Below are positions 1-13,031 of a stretch of DNA of 64,000 bases, one piece after another. Made by a program: the position numbers and the translations under genes. The first letter of the stretch is position 1. Each line of letters opens with the position of its first letter. The DNA is from Octopus vulgaris. Taxonomy: Eukaryota. The notes under the pieces were generated by a model. That model worked only from the letters and a program-made list of their open reading frames with translations. It was not told the DNA's origin and did no database searches. The stretch spans positions 95,604,001 through 95,668,000 of the forward strand of contig OX597819.1 of assembly GCA_951406725.2 (NCBI GenBank), read 5' to 3'.

Positions 1-330
1 TCTCTACGTTATATGCTTGTTGAACAAATATTTCTGTCAGATATCCCAGCTTAGAAACCCAAAATTCATTCATAGACTTGTTCATGCTATCATGTATGTG
101 ACATAGCACCTGATCTTTTGAAAGCCATCTGACTTGTGTGGTTAAGTAATCACGTATGCTGGAAATCCACTTCAAGACATTTGTTCAAATACTCCTGACT
201 AACTCAACTTGTTTTTGAAACTAATATCTCTCTATGTAAATACGATAACTGGATTTTGCTTTTCTATGAACAATAAAATAAAAAAAATAGAGCCTCAATA
301 CACAGTGGCCTGTCAAACATATCATGGACA
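1..330 (-). mobile_element. Degraded hAT (Buster/Charlie-type) transposase fragment
   Basis: Frameshifted motifs on -: YLHREILVSK, HT-VRWLSKDQVL, FWVSKLGYLTEIF. Confidence 0.6.
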
Positions 331-399
331 TGGATTTTACTTTGCTGGGTAAATGTTCGCAAGTACAGCATATCACCAGTTGCCTCAGTCCTTTGTCAT

Positions 400-712
400 C
401 TCTACAAAACTCAACATCTTGCAGCTGTCCTCACTCATATGCATCACATGACCATACCGACAGGAATTTCATATCACCAGACATCTCCATTGTCATTTTC
501 TGTGAGACCCAACATCCGGAGACTGGTCCTTACCACTTCACCCCACATCTTCTTGGGTTTCCCTCTTCCGCAAGTACCATCCACTTTCAGTGATCAGCAC
601 TTCTTTATGCAGCTATCCTCATTCGTACACATCACATATCCAAACCAATGAAGTCTTCTCTCTTGCATGCTACATTTGATTCCTCTTATGCCCAACTTTT
701 CTCTCAATACAT
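400..712 (-). mobile_element. RTE LINE C-terminal fragment
   Basis: GTCGRGKPKKMWGEVV..LRMLGLT; homologous to 16600-16827. Confidence 0.8.
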
Positions 713-1137
713 TCGGTATTAGTAAACGATATTCACCCATACAATATCCCCTGATGGCATAAAGAGGCGAAGTAGAAAAAGAGAGTGAATGACATCGTCT
801 ACTAATACCGGAGGATTGCCTGTATTTTAATGCACAAAAGTTGTCGTGCCTTCCTCAACCAAACAAGTTTTGTGGTGCAGAGGGTCTTATATTTAAAAAA
901 AATTTTTTAAAGAGAATAACGGCCCGCCAAACATAATGAAAGTAGTTACGAGGCGGCAAAGATCACCACAAAAATTAGTGATAACGCCCATCCCTCAAAA
1001 AAAAACTTATTTTGCATGCCGGAAATGCAGAAATGTCAAGAGAGTTTTTTGAATGCACGATGGGAAAGTGTGGGTACTCATGAATAGTGGACCCATGCTA
1101 GTCGTTAAGAAAATGAAAATAAAATGGGTAATATTTA

Positions 1138-1478
1138 AGAGGCGCAGGAGTGGCTGTGTGGAAGTAGTTTGCTTACCAACCACATAGTTCCGTGTTCAGT
1201 CTCGCTGCGTGGCACCTTGGGCAAGTGACTTCTACTATAGCCTCGGGCCGACCAAAGCCTTGTGAGTGGATGTGGTAGACGGAAACTGAAAGAAGCCCAT
1301 CGTATATATGTATATGTGTTTGTCCCCCAACATCGCTTGATAACCGATGCTGGTGTGTTTACGTCTCCATAACTTAGCAGTTCGGCAAAAGGGACCGATA
1401 GAATAAGTACTAGGTTTACAAAGAATAAGTCCTGGGGTCGATTTGCATTCAAACGACTGAAACAAGTAAAAGAGTAAA
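1138..1478 (+). mobile_element. tRNA-derived SINE (family A)
   Basis: Head GGCGCAGGAGTGGCTGTGTGG...GTTCAGTC; body recurs near 14985, 19135, 59140 and 60990. Confidence 0.85.
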
Positions 1479-1677
1479 GAGAGTGGTCCCGGTGCGCGCA
1501 CTCGCACATCCGCGCTAGCTTGTCGTGACTAGTCGATCCTTACTTCGTGCTTTGTTTTCAAAAAAATTATTTACTTTGTGTAAAAAAATTATTTTGTGTT
1601 TTATTTACTTTGCTGTCACGACTAACTTGCGCGGATGCGATAGTACGCGAGTGCGCGCACCAGGACCACTCTTCTTA
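1479..1677. mobile_element. Small MITE-like element with about 55-bp imperfect terminal inverted repeats
   Basis: GAGTGGTCCCGGTGCGCGCACTCGC...ATCCGCGC mirrored by GCGCGGAT...GCGAGTGCGCGCACCAGGACCACTC. Confidence 0.65.
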
Positions 1678-3396
1678 AATAGTACCATAAAATGTTAATC
1701 ATTTCGTTATAATTCGATTTACTGTTATTTGAAATGTTCTATGATATTTTGTCATACATTCAGAGATTTGGTGCTGCATATTCATTTCTAAAAGGAAAGT
1801 GTTGAATTATATAAATACAGATTTAAGAGTAGAATCGTAGTACAAATACAAATATGATTGAATCCCATTTAGATGAGTTTCTGTGGAGAAGAAAATATGG
1901 GAAAACCGGGGATGACTGTTTTCAGAACATTCTAAAACATCTTTTGAAATACATTTTATTTCAATTTTAAATTTTTTTTCTATTTTCACTTTCTGAATGA
2001 CTAGCGCGGGTCCACTCTTCTTCGTGAGCACCGACAGATGTTTGAAAGTCATGGTTTTGAGAAAGATATTGAAAAACATCAATACACCAGTGACAAAGAA
2101 GGTACCAGGTGGTCGTGAGATGCACTAAAAATAACATCTAAATAGCCCTTAAACTATACACAAAAATACTTGATTTTTTTTTTTTTGCATAATAGTATGA
2201 ATTCCCAGGTGTAGAACACAAATTCGTCGACATTTTCTGAAAATTCCAAAAAAAAATAAAATGTTGAGGGGTTATATGGGTGCTTAAACTAGTGGACCCC
2301 AAATAGTAGACACTGATCTAGAATACCGGCTAGTAATAATAAACTGAATAATTGGTAACGGGATTAGCACGTGTCGTGTCCTTTCGTTTTTCCGACAAAC
2401 GTTGATGTCAGATTAGCTGCATAATTCAGATTAATAAATGGTGTCTTGCAAAAGGAAAAGAAAAGAATTCGATATCTCTTAATACAATATTATGGTAAAA
2501 TGACCTACGCAACAGCAAGGTTATTCTATTCATGTTTAATCTGCGACAAACTAACACAAGTAACCCCATGGACTATGCCTATTTAGTTATTAATATTTTC
2601 ATAAAGAGAGCCAAACAGCAATGATAGTTCTTATTTTTCTTAATTTTAAAAATCTTCGTTGCTACAACTGGCATACACCATCCACATAAGCAACATATGT
2701 CGATAATTTATCGAATAATCTCAATAGCACGTACGCAGATAAGGACATGTGCGCTTTTTGCTAATGCTTACAAATTCTTAAAATATGATTCCCCGAAGGT
2801 TGAGTACTGGCATATATACTCATAAAATATTATATGTGTTATGGAAAGAAGTTAAAAAAAATGATAATAAATAAAATTAGAATGATAGAGAAATGAAATT
2901 CGATCACTAGTTAGGTGAGTTATCTATTCAATGGACGAACATCTAAAATATGACTTTTTTGTCCTTAGCGATAATTCGAATAACATTGTCAGCGAATCTG
3001 CTAACAACGAGAAAAACATGATTTTTGAGATGAAAAATTATTTGAAAAAACATATAAAGTAATAATGATTTATGAAAATAAAAGAATATTTTAAAAATAG
3101 GTATTGCTATTTAGAGAAAAACGAAAACTATACGTACGAGAGACAAGAGCTGCTCATTGACTAACTCTTCCAGGTTATATGCTGTATGCCCAATACTAAA
3201 ATCGACTATTTTTTCCCCTCGTTTATTTCATCTTTTCGTTTCCTTTTACACACGTAGCATACGCACTCGAGAGCAGTTAACCAATTAAAAATCTTCTAGA
3301 AAAACCGGGAGTTGAGTTAAATAGGAGAATGTATTAGAATCTATTATTTTCACTATGTTCATTAAATTAAATGGCATAGTTTCGGTTGTAGTAGCA

Positions 3397-4248
3397 CAGA
3401 TTTCCGTCGATTTCCGTAAAAAACTTTTATTTTTTTACATAAGTAATGAGAGCGAAAGAGACTAAGAGGAAGCGATTTTACGACGAGAAGGTTTCACTTT
3501 GAAGTCGGCCTGTGTGTGTTTGATGGGGTGTGGGAGACAGACAGTATGTTGTGTAAGTGAAATGCTTCTGTTAGTATGTGTGAAGAGACAGACATACATA
3601 TACACATACACCGAGTAAAAAATTACTATGAATCGGCCATACATACATACATACACACACACACATACATACATACATACACACACACATACTTACACAC
3701 ACACACACACACATAGATACATACACACACACACATACATGCAGACATACATATACACATACACCGAGTAAAAAATTACTATGAATCGGCCATACATACA
3801 TACATACACACACACACATACATAGATACATACACACACACACATACATACATACATACACACACACATACTTACACACACACACATACATAGATACATA
3901 CACACACACACATACATACATACACACACACATACTTACACACACACACACATACATAGATACATACACACACACACACATACATGCATACATACATACA
4001 CACATACACCGAGTAAAAAATCAGTTATCTCTCTCTTTCACACATTACTCTCTCTGTCTCTTCACACACACTAACAGAAGCACTTCACTTACACAACATA
4101 CTGTCTGTCTCCCACACCCCATCAAACACACACAGGCCGACTTCAAAGTGAAACCTTCTCGTCGTAAAATCGCTTCCTCTTAGTCTCTTTCGCTCTCATT
4201 ACTTATGTAAAAAAATAAAAGTTTTTTACGGAAATCGACGGAAATCTG
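3397..4248. mobile_element. Foldback/MITE: about 195-bp near-perfect TIRs enclosing a compound (CA)/(CATA) microsatellite array
   Basis: 3397-3591 is the reverse complement of about 4053-4248; internal ACACCGAGTAAAAAAT anchor occurs three times. Confidence 0.85.
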
Positions 4249-5668
4249 ATCTACGACATGCGAAACTTCGCCAATTAAATAAATTTAAATTTATAAAAAA
4301 AATTAGCCAGACAGTCTGGAACTTATCCTATTTGATATATATATATATGTATACCCACACCTCCGCTTATTTTGTTGCCTCCAACAAATAATCGCTTAGA
4401 TCCTGAAGAGTGAGTTTATGTAAAGACTTGTTGGAAAAAATTTTTCTAAAGGGTTGAGGAGAGCAGTTTCGGAAAATTCAGACTACCCGACATTTTTTAC
4501 CTCTCATAACTTTCAGGAAAATAGGTATTTTTTAATGAAATTTTATAAGAATACCTTTCAAACGGCATAGATCACGATTACACAGAAATTTGTTAGGCAA
4601 AATTTTTCGGAAGAGAACAAGGAAAAAGTGTGATTTAAGGGAGATTTGGCTGTTGTTTCTAGCACACCGCAAATGTTTCCTCACTCAAATATGTATTGAT
4701 GTTTTTCCCTATTTTCCTCCATAAACACATTTATGCTATATAAAAAAGGAAAATCTTAAAATGTGTGATTCTTTTAGCCCTACTCCCTGGTCCCGATTGT
4801 TTCTATTTATATAACTCTAAAATATTGATATTGGAGAGCCTGAAAACATTATTGCTGGGATTTATACAGAGTGATTTTAATAAAAGGTATGCAAAAGATG
4901 ATTTATTTTGATAGCTTAATTATCTGTTTGAAATTAAATTTTCTTACACACATACACTCACTCGGTTGGGGTGCGAGTAAAAATTTAAATTACCATTTTT
5001 TTTCTTTGTCCCAGCAATGGATTACGCGTGTGTTACTTTGGCATTATCATTCCAATATAATGTTTATGGGGAGAAAAATATTGAAAAACATCAATAGACG
5101 TGAGATTGAGAAAAACCGAGTGAGGTCTTGGGGTGTGCTAGAGACAACAGCCAGATCTCCCTGAAATCACACATTTAACAAATTTTTTTCTCTTCACCGA
5201 AAACGTTTTTCTCGCGGGTAAAGTGCACTGTGAAATTTTTTTAAAATTGGTCAAAACCGGTCCGGACTGGGGTAGTGAGGGGTGGCGGGAGGGAAAAAGA
5301 AAATCATAAATTTCCAAAATTTTGTTCTCTTTTTCGTATAAAGAAACAGCCAGGTTCCTTTCCCTAATGTTTTACATAGTTCAACCTATACATGTTAATG
5401 TGTTGAAAACTAAATAGGAATTTTGAAACAAGTACCTATAAAACTAGTTTTTTTAAACATCGAATGGCTCTGGAGGTCCACCAGAACAAATTAGTAATTA
5501 AAGGGGTCCATAGATAAAAAATGTTTGAGAACCCCTGCTCTAAAGCATTAGAGTAGTAATGTATTTTTTAAAAGTCATTTGAGTTTGATAAATCGCCTAT
5601 ATTGCTAAGTGCTTTATAGGTTCACACCAATGGTCACTCTCTGACCGGCCATAACCTCTAATTTCCTA

Positions 5669-5669
<1 letters not shown>

Positions 5670-5734
<65 letters not shown>
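5670..5734 (+). repeat. (TG)n microsatellite
   Basis: Direct observation. Confidence 0.95.
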
Positions 5735-5737
<3 letters not shown>

Positions 5738-6278
5738 ACATCTAGCAAGGCCAAGCTACTCCAGACTAATGAAGAGCAATTACCTTGAAACTAGTCTCTG
5801 AATGCTAGCTTTGTTGAGTGAGGTGCAGGTGAAAACACAGAACGCTTGTGTCACGTAGCCAACTAGAAACGGTGTTTCTTGTGGTTAAATAGCAGTAGCA
5901 TTCTTCCCTTTCCTGGGACTGCCAAATTAAGTTGGCAACAACACATCACTTTATCGTGCTGTTACTGCATAACTCTCTCTGAGAGATTTAGAAATGATAC
6001 ACACACATACACACACTTATTTATTTATTTATTTATTTATTTATAATTATAAATAATAGTAGGGAATATAAAATTCCAAACTTACAGGGAAAAATTCAAT
6101 TTAGCAATACTAAATCCAATTTCACAATATATATGTATATAATTAAGAGAAATAACCTCTATTTAGTAATTTAATTGATAGTGAAAGATATTATCTATAT
6201 TAAATCATATAGAAAAAATTTTAATATATTATAATAAATATTAATCTAAAAATCACTAAATAAAATAAGCAATAAATT

Positions 6279-6358
6279 GACTACCCGCGTTTCGTGACTA
6301 TATCTTTAAATCAATATTAAAATCAATTCGATTTAAAAATATAGCCACTCTTCAGGTC
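6279..6358 (-). ncRNA. Minimal type I hammerhead ribozyme within a Penelope-like repeat (about 6050-6690)
   Basis: GAC-CTGAAGA-GTGGCTATAT...ATATAGTCAC-GAAA-C-GCGG-G-TA-GTC: stems I and II pair, 1-bp stem III, GUA site. Confidence 0.7.
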
Positions 6359-6733
6359 TAAAATAATAAAATAAATGTATTTATCTTAACATATAATAAT
6401 TAAGAAATAAATATAGAAATACACGTATCGTAACAATAAATAATCGAATAAAATGTAACAATATTAATGAAACATAAAATCATAACTTATCTTAATGAAG
6501 AATACCGGTTAACTGAAATTTTAAACGTTAAACTCAGAACCTAGCGTTGCTAAGAAATTTATCAAGACCCGAAGAGTGGCTATATTTTTAAATCGAATTA
6601 ATTTTAATATTATCGATTTGATTTAATATAGATAATATCTTTCATTATCAATTGAATTACTTAATAGAGGTTATTTCTCTTATATATATATATGTGTGTG
6701 TGTGCGCGTATATGTATATGCCTTTGGCTTTAC

Positions 6734-6919
6734 AGTCTGACGAAACGTCCACAAGTCTAGACCTTTTGAGGATGCGAAACATCGGTCACTCCATGACCGG
6801 ACATGGACCCAATTACTTTTAATATACATATTAAAGCAATAAAGTTAATGTCTGGTCATTGAGTGACCAATGATTTCGCATCCACAAAAGCCGCAGCTTT
6901 GTGGACAGCTCATCAGACT
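6734..6919. ncRNA. Palindromic repeat with hammerhead motifs on both strands (6734-6790 +, 6862-6919 -)
   Basis: +: AGT-CTGACGA...GAAAC-ATCG-GTC-ACT; -: AGT-CTGATGA-GCTGTCCACAAAG...CTTTTGTGGATGC-GAAA-TCATTG-GTC-ACT. Confidence 0.65.
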
Positions 6920-7521
6920 ACAAGACTACATACAAAGACAACTTTAACTTTTCATCTCATGGAGATGGAAAATAGTACTGTCAGCTGGTCAAAAGGTCTT
7001 CAGAGAATTCCTACACGTGTGTAAACCCTCCCCACGAATTTGTTGCCTCATAACATCCAGAAAAATGGATATCATTTAATGAGATTTTCTATAAATACGC
7101 TTTCGATTGTGTAGATTCTCATTATATCGGAGTATGTGTGTTGTGAAAAACATTTCCGAGGATGGAGGCGAGGAGTTTCGGAAAATTCACTTGCCAGCTT
7201 TACTTATAACATTCACAAAAATGGGTAATTTTTTATGAAATGTTTCATAAATACCTTTTAGAGCGCGTAGATTACGATTATATCGTAATTTAAGATGAAA
7301 AAAAAAAAAAAAATTGGCGGACTCGTACACATACATACTGACCCACGTCACATATATCTACAAAATGAAACTTAAAATTTCGAAAAATATTGTGATGTGT
7401 CAGTAGATGTATCTGCTTACTATTTTTCGTTTCACATCAAATTCCGATATTATCGTAATTTACATGCTCTAATGAGTATTTGTATACAACTTCATAATTT
7501 TTATTTATCACCAAACCCAAT

Positions 7522-9350
7522 AGAGACCTGCGCCCCATTGCGGTCGGCTACACCCTTCGCCGTCTCACTGCAACGGTGTGCTTACAATTAGTCTCTAGCT
7601 TATTAGAGGAGGGATTTACCCCACCCAGCTAGGAGTGGGCACCAAATTAGGATGTGAAGCTGCTGCCCACGCTACCAGAGCCTATGCCAACTTGCAACCT
7701 TTGTCACCCAAGGTCATCCTCAAACTTGACCTGAAGAATGCCTTCAACTCCATCAGCCGCAATGCTGTCCTCAGCTCAGTAAGAGAGGTCCCACAACTCT
7801 ATCGCCTTGCAGGTTAGGCTTATCGGGAGCCCTCCTATCTCTTTTTCAATGACCAAATCATCACCTCCGCCTCAGAAGCCCAACAGGGCGAACCACTCGG
7901 GCTCGCTCTGGGCATTGAAGACATCACCAAGATGGGCGTCGAGCTAGACCCCAACGTCTAGTATCTCGACGAGGCTTGTGTGTGTGTGTGGGGGGGACCT
8001 TGGACAAGGTTCTCGCCATTGCAAACATGATAGTTAGAGAGCTTGGTCGCCGGGATCTCCAAATAAACAGCTTCAAATGTGAGCTCCGGATCCTCAACCA
8101 CCCGGCTTCTCAACATCAACCAACTATTGACCTTTGTGCAGAGTCCTTCCCTTCCATTGCGGTCCCTCCACATCGGCTTGGTGTTCTCTAGGTGCCCTAA
8201 TCACTGACCTTGCCTATGAGTCCATCTTCCAGTGGAAGCAATTGCTGAAAAATATTGAAGCTATCGAACCCCATCAAGGTTTTTTCATACTTAGGAATTA
8301 CCTCTCGATCCCTATCTTCTGTATTTACTCAGAGTCAGCTCATTTTACCGATTCCCATCGTGCCTCCAGCGCTTCGATAACTTAATCTTTGAGAGACTCG
8401 AATGCTTCGTCAATGTCGGACTCTCTCCAACGTCCAGCGATCAGGCTGCATTGCCCAAGTGATTTGGAGGTCTTGGTCTTCGTGTTTCTCCCTCTCTCTC
8501 CCTTGTTTCCTTTCCTCCACCCACGCCTACTCCACCCTGGTGAGTAACATTCTCTCCTCTTCAACATGGACCAGTTCCAACAGGGAGTTGTATGAAGCTC
8601 TCCAACACTGGAGAGAATTGAGCTTGTCTGCTCCTGAGAAGGTGGAGGACTGTCGGAGTCAGAGAGCTTGGGAATCGAAGGCCACCTTCGACTTCCTCTT
8701 CATCCAGTCGGACCAGTTTTCAAGGTGCTGCTTACTGTCTGCTAGCGCCAAATACTCGGGTGACTGGAGTGTTGCCATCCCCGTGGCCTACTCAGCTTGG
8801 ACGAACTTCGTGTCTCCATTGCCCTCAGAGTGGGAGCTAACATATGCACGGGTTTGATCTGTCGTTGTAGCAGGCTCCTTGATTCCACAGGCCTCCACGG
8901 CCTTTCTTGCTACCTGAATGCTGGTCGCTTCGCGCGTCATACGGACTTCAACCTGATGCTCAAGAGGAGCTTGACCCGGACAAAGATCCCCTCCATCCTG
9001 GAACCATCTGGGTAGTCCAGATGTGATGGGCATCAGGTCGCAAGGTAGATGCTTTGTCTGGATGTCACAGTTAGTGATTCCTTTGCTTCTTCTCACATCC
9101 TGGATGCTGCCAACAGGGCGAGATCCACAGCTTCTGCGCCTGAGCGGAAGAAAATCCTGAAATACCGCGATCTGTCGGCCAATTACATTTTCCATCCTGT
9201 GACGTTTGAGACATTTTGATGTGGTCGGACCGCTAACTGCGAGATTCCTGTCTTCACTGGCAACTCGCCTTGCAGAGGTAACTGGTGAGGCTCATGAGGG
9301 CGCATCAGCCTCGCCATCACCCGCGGCAATGCTGCAAGCGTGCCTCAATA
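7522..9350 (+). mobile_element. CRE-clade non-LTR retrotransposon relic (RT, CCHC knuckle, restriction-like endonuclease); 5'-truncated and frameshifted
   Basis: DLRPIAVGYTLRRL; QLGVGTKLGCEAAAHATR; LKLDLKNAFNSISR; QQGEPLG; *YLDE; CRCSRLLDSTGLHGLSC..GRFARH; LDVTVSD; AERKKILKYRDL. Confidence 0.8.
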
Positions 9351-9563
9351 GCTATTAGAGAGGTTTCCCAGCGCTCCCAACTTTTCAACCGAAGATGGTG
9401 AATTGCTTTCGTTTTAAATTTTTTTCAATTGTGTTCTCTGTTTTATCCAGTTTCTAGTTTGATTTTGTAAAACGCTGTGAAGGCAATAACATTTTCTGAC
9501 TATTTTATTTAGCGGAAAAATAAAAACTTTTATTTTCTTTTTTAATATCCCTAAACTGAACAA

Positions 9564-9960
9564 TTACCTACGGCAGAAATTACTCCAATCTATGGCTGTA
9601 GTCCGACTGTTTATGGAAGACTCATGCATAATATCGTCTTGCAACATATCGCGTGACCAACAATAAATGTTCAAAATGATATTGTACAGTGAAATAAGGC
9701 TTTTTTCGAAGAATGAACGGTGACGAACTGATTTCCTCTTTTTACAGATCCTTGCAGTACATTTTCCCATCAATAGCGACACCACGTGTAGTAAGGCCAC
9801 ACGGTGAATTACAATTTTCGCAAGTGTACATATTCATAATTAGTCGACGCTGGCCAACCACTGAAGAATCTTGTTTTGTGACTCGGCTGAGTGATATTCC
9901 TTCACGTTTGAGGATTTCGAGTTCAGGAAAAATGAATTGTGGTGCCGCTGGTCTTCTTCA
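9564..9960 (-). mobile_element. Merlin/ISXO2-like transposase N-terminal fragment
   Basis: CENC; CKKRKSVRHRSFFEKSLISL...YCW...TAIDWSNFCR, the pattern that precedes the ISXO2 DDE domain. Confidence 0.6.
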
Positions 9961-10559
9961 TAAAGAATGAGAACTTAGTTATGTCCCTTTGCTTCTTTTA
10001 TTACTTATCTCCCTCTTAATATTTATTTACTTTGTTTTCTTCTCTAAACTGAAAACCCTAACCCTAATCTTACAATTTCATTCAAAAATACCCATTTTTC
10101 TGAAAGTCATGAGGAAACAAAGCCAACTCGTGTAAATTTTCCGAAATCCCTCTTCCCACCCACAGAAAATTTTTTTTCACAACAAATTTCGATAGAATAG
10201 GAATCTATACAATCAGAAGTGTATTTGTAGAAAATTATGTATTTTTCTGGAAGTTATGAGGAAACAAAATCGGTGGAGTGGACACAGGATTGCCTACATA
10301 GCTATACATAGAGATGAGGAGAGCCCCTTAAAGAAGTAGAAAAAGATAATTTTACATATAAAGATAGGTATATGAAGGGTGAAGTTCTGGTTGAAGCACC
10401 CCATATAAGTCCTCATAACTTTTTTTTGATTTGGAAGGAATTCATAGGAAATTTTCGAGAATTTGTGTTCTGTACATGAAATTCATACAATTATGTAAAA
10501 AAAAATTTGTATGCTTCCATGTCCTTTTCCAAGAGTTACAAAAAACAAGAAAACCCCCT

Positions 10560-11740
10560 GGCACACTTAAAACTTTATCTTATGTATCAACGCACAATCC
10601 AAGTAATATTGAAGCATACAACATCATTCATCAGAATATACCCCTTCAGATGAATGAATGAATACCCCTTCAGATGAATAAATTATTAAAAGTAAAAGAC
10701 AACCTAAATCCCTAAAAAGGTTACTTACTAGCATCAAACTACCCACCAAAAATACGAGCCCACCAGTCAAAAAATGTAACTGCTGTAACTGCGGGCCCTA
10801 GATCAACCTTATGGAAGGTTTAACATGACTTCAAGTCAGATCAAATATTCACCATAAAAAAATCATTTCACCTGTGCATCACAAACAACAAACAAAAACC
10901 CATAATATCAGATTTTCCATCTCTATCAATGCACTGGAACACTTCAGCCCAATTCTGATTAAATAAGAAAAAATATGTTTATTAAAAAAGATAAACCACA
11001 ACTCTATACTCTATCTTAATACATCATAATGAAAAAATTCAATTTTATGAAAAAATGACCAGAGACAACAGATATAAATCAAAAGTTTAACTAACAGGTT
11101 ACCTCAGGGATTCAAAACCCTAACTCCAAACTACTTACACCTTCTCAAACACCAGTTGCTACTGACATCACCCTAGACTGAACCAATAAGATTGTTTTCT
11201 GGTCAAAACTGCACCCTCAGGAAAAAAAAACAAATAAATACTCAGCTAACTGAACCAGTACATACATACATACATAAAGCAATTTTAACTTAAAACATTT
11301 CAAACTCTCATCAGTAAAACCAGCAATAAAGAACCCTCCTTCATACACTATGATAGAAATTATGAAAAAAAACTCTTTTTCTTCCTCGCCATTTTAAAAA
11401 AAAACTTTATCATTGATAAAACTCAATATTACTGAACTTACAATTATGTATGACCTTTATGAACTTCACCAAACATTTCAACTTATATTACTGTCTATCT
11501 CCGTGACACTCAATTTCTATGAACAGTTGATTGTTTAAACAGGTTTTTCCAAATTTTCCCCTGTAACTTTAAATTCTTCTAAGCCTTTTTCCTATTTGTT
11601 TTTCTACCAATGACAAACGAAAAAATTGTCAGAACCGGTTTTTTTAGTACTGAATAAATTGATTGAGATTCAGATGCATTTTCAAACCCCCAACTAAATT
11701 CTATATTCTTTCTTGCATAGGAATACACTTCTCTCCATAT
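10560..11740 (+). mobile_element. Highly degraded Penelope-like element 3' portion
   Basis: LSYVSTHNPSN post-RT motif, Cys-rich linker remnant, AT-rich tail. Confidence 0.4.
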
Positions 11741-11799
11741 ATATAATACACATATGTATTTATAAAGTGAAGCTAGGCTTCAGGTTTATCTAGTCATGG

Positions 11800-12512
11800 C
11801 AAATGCAAAGAGGAAGAGGTTTGCCAATGTCTAACAGTGTGAAGGTCAGAGACTTGAAGTGCTCTAGATTACTTGACAGTGTGTCCGAGAGAATTGAGAT
11901 GATAAGGGAGAGAAGTGTATATGGATGGATAATGGTATGCTTTCACTGTGATCCTGAAAAGAAAGAGGTGTCTATGAGTTATTATGTAAAGCTATTAAAT
12001 GAATGAAAGAAATCCCCCTTGTGAACCAAACATTGGAATCAGCTATTCTAGTTGACAGTAGTATGATAGATAAGGCAATTAATGATATAAAGATGGAGAC
12101 ATCTCCTGGTTCATCAAGAGACTCTGCTGAGATACTTAAAGTATCTGGTAGAATAGGATACAGTCTAGTCACCTGTATAGTTATTCAGATTATTCAGGAA
12201 GGTGTAATCTGCAGAAATGTGATGTAACAGCATCATAATCAGCTGTAACAAGGCTAAAAGAGATATCTTAGATAGAAGTAATTATAGAGGCTGGACCAGG
12301 TAATGAAAGTTATGGAGAGAGTTGTAGCCCAATTAATTAGGAATGGAATTAAGCTAGATGAAATGCAGTTTGGTTTTGAGCTGGGGAGAAGCGACAACTG
12401 AAAGAGAAGTATTTAGCCAAGAATAATCTGTTGTACTTAGCATTTGTTGATCTGAAGAAAGCCTTTGACAAAATGCCTCACTCTGTGATATGGTGTCTTA
12501 GGAAACTAGCTG
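11800..12512 (+). mobile_element. RTE LINE RT N-terminal fragment
   Basis: IDKAINDIKMETSPGSSRDSAEILKVSG; YLAFVDLKKAFD. Confidence 0.85.
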
Positions 12513-13031
12513 CATGTCTGATCTGTAGTCCTGAACAGGTTATTTAGAAGAAATTATCAGTTGTCATCTGTACCAAATGTGTCTGCATCTTTCTCCTTGC
12601 AATCATACATATCAGTCAGCAGTTTTCGATAACTATGAGTAAACAAACTCAGCCATCCATCTATCTATCTGTCATAAGTCTTGTTAGTTTGGATGTGGAA
12701 TCATGTTGTAACATGTTATTCTTTGTATCAGTCATGCAGCTAAGTAAAACACACACACACATACACATAATAGTAGTAATTTATATTAGTTTTATTGTTA
12801 ATTAGCTAGATATTAGTTCATTAATAAATTGATTCATTAGTGAACCACAGTTCTTCACAGCCTTATCAATAATGATGTGGATCTCTTACACATGCTTGCA
12901 CTGTGTATATGGAATTTTCTTTATGCTTTGTTATTTATTTTTACATTATATTTTTGTGTGTGTGTTTGTGTATGTATATATATATATATCTATATCATCA
13001 TCATCGCTTAACATCCAATAAATTAAGGAAT

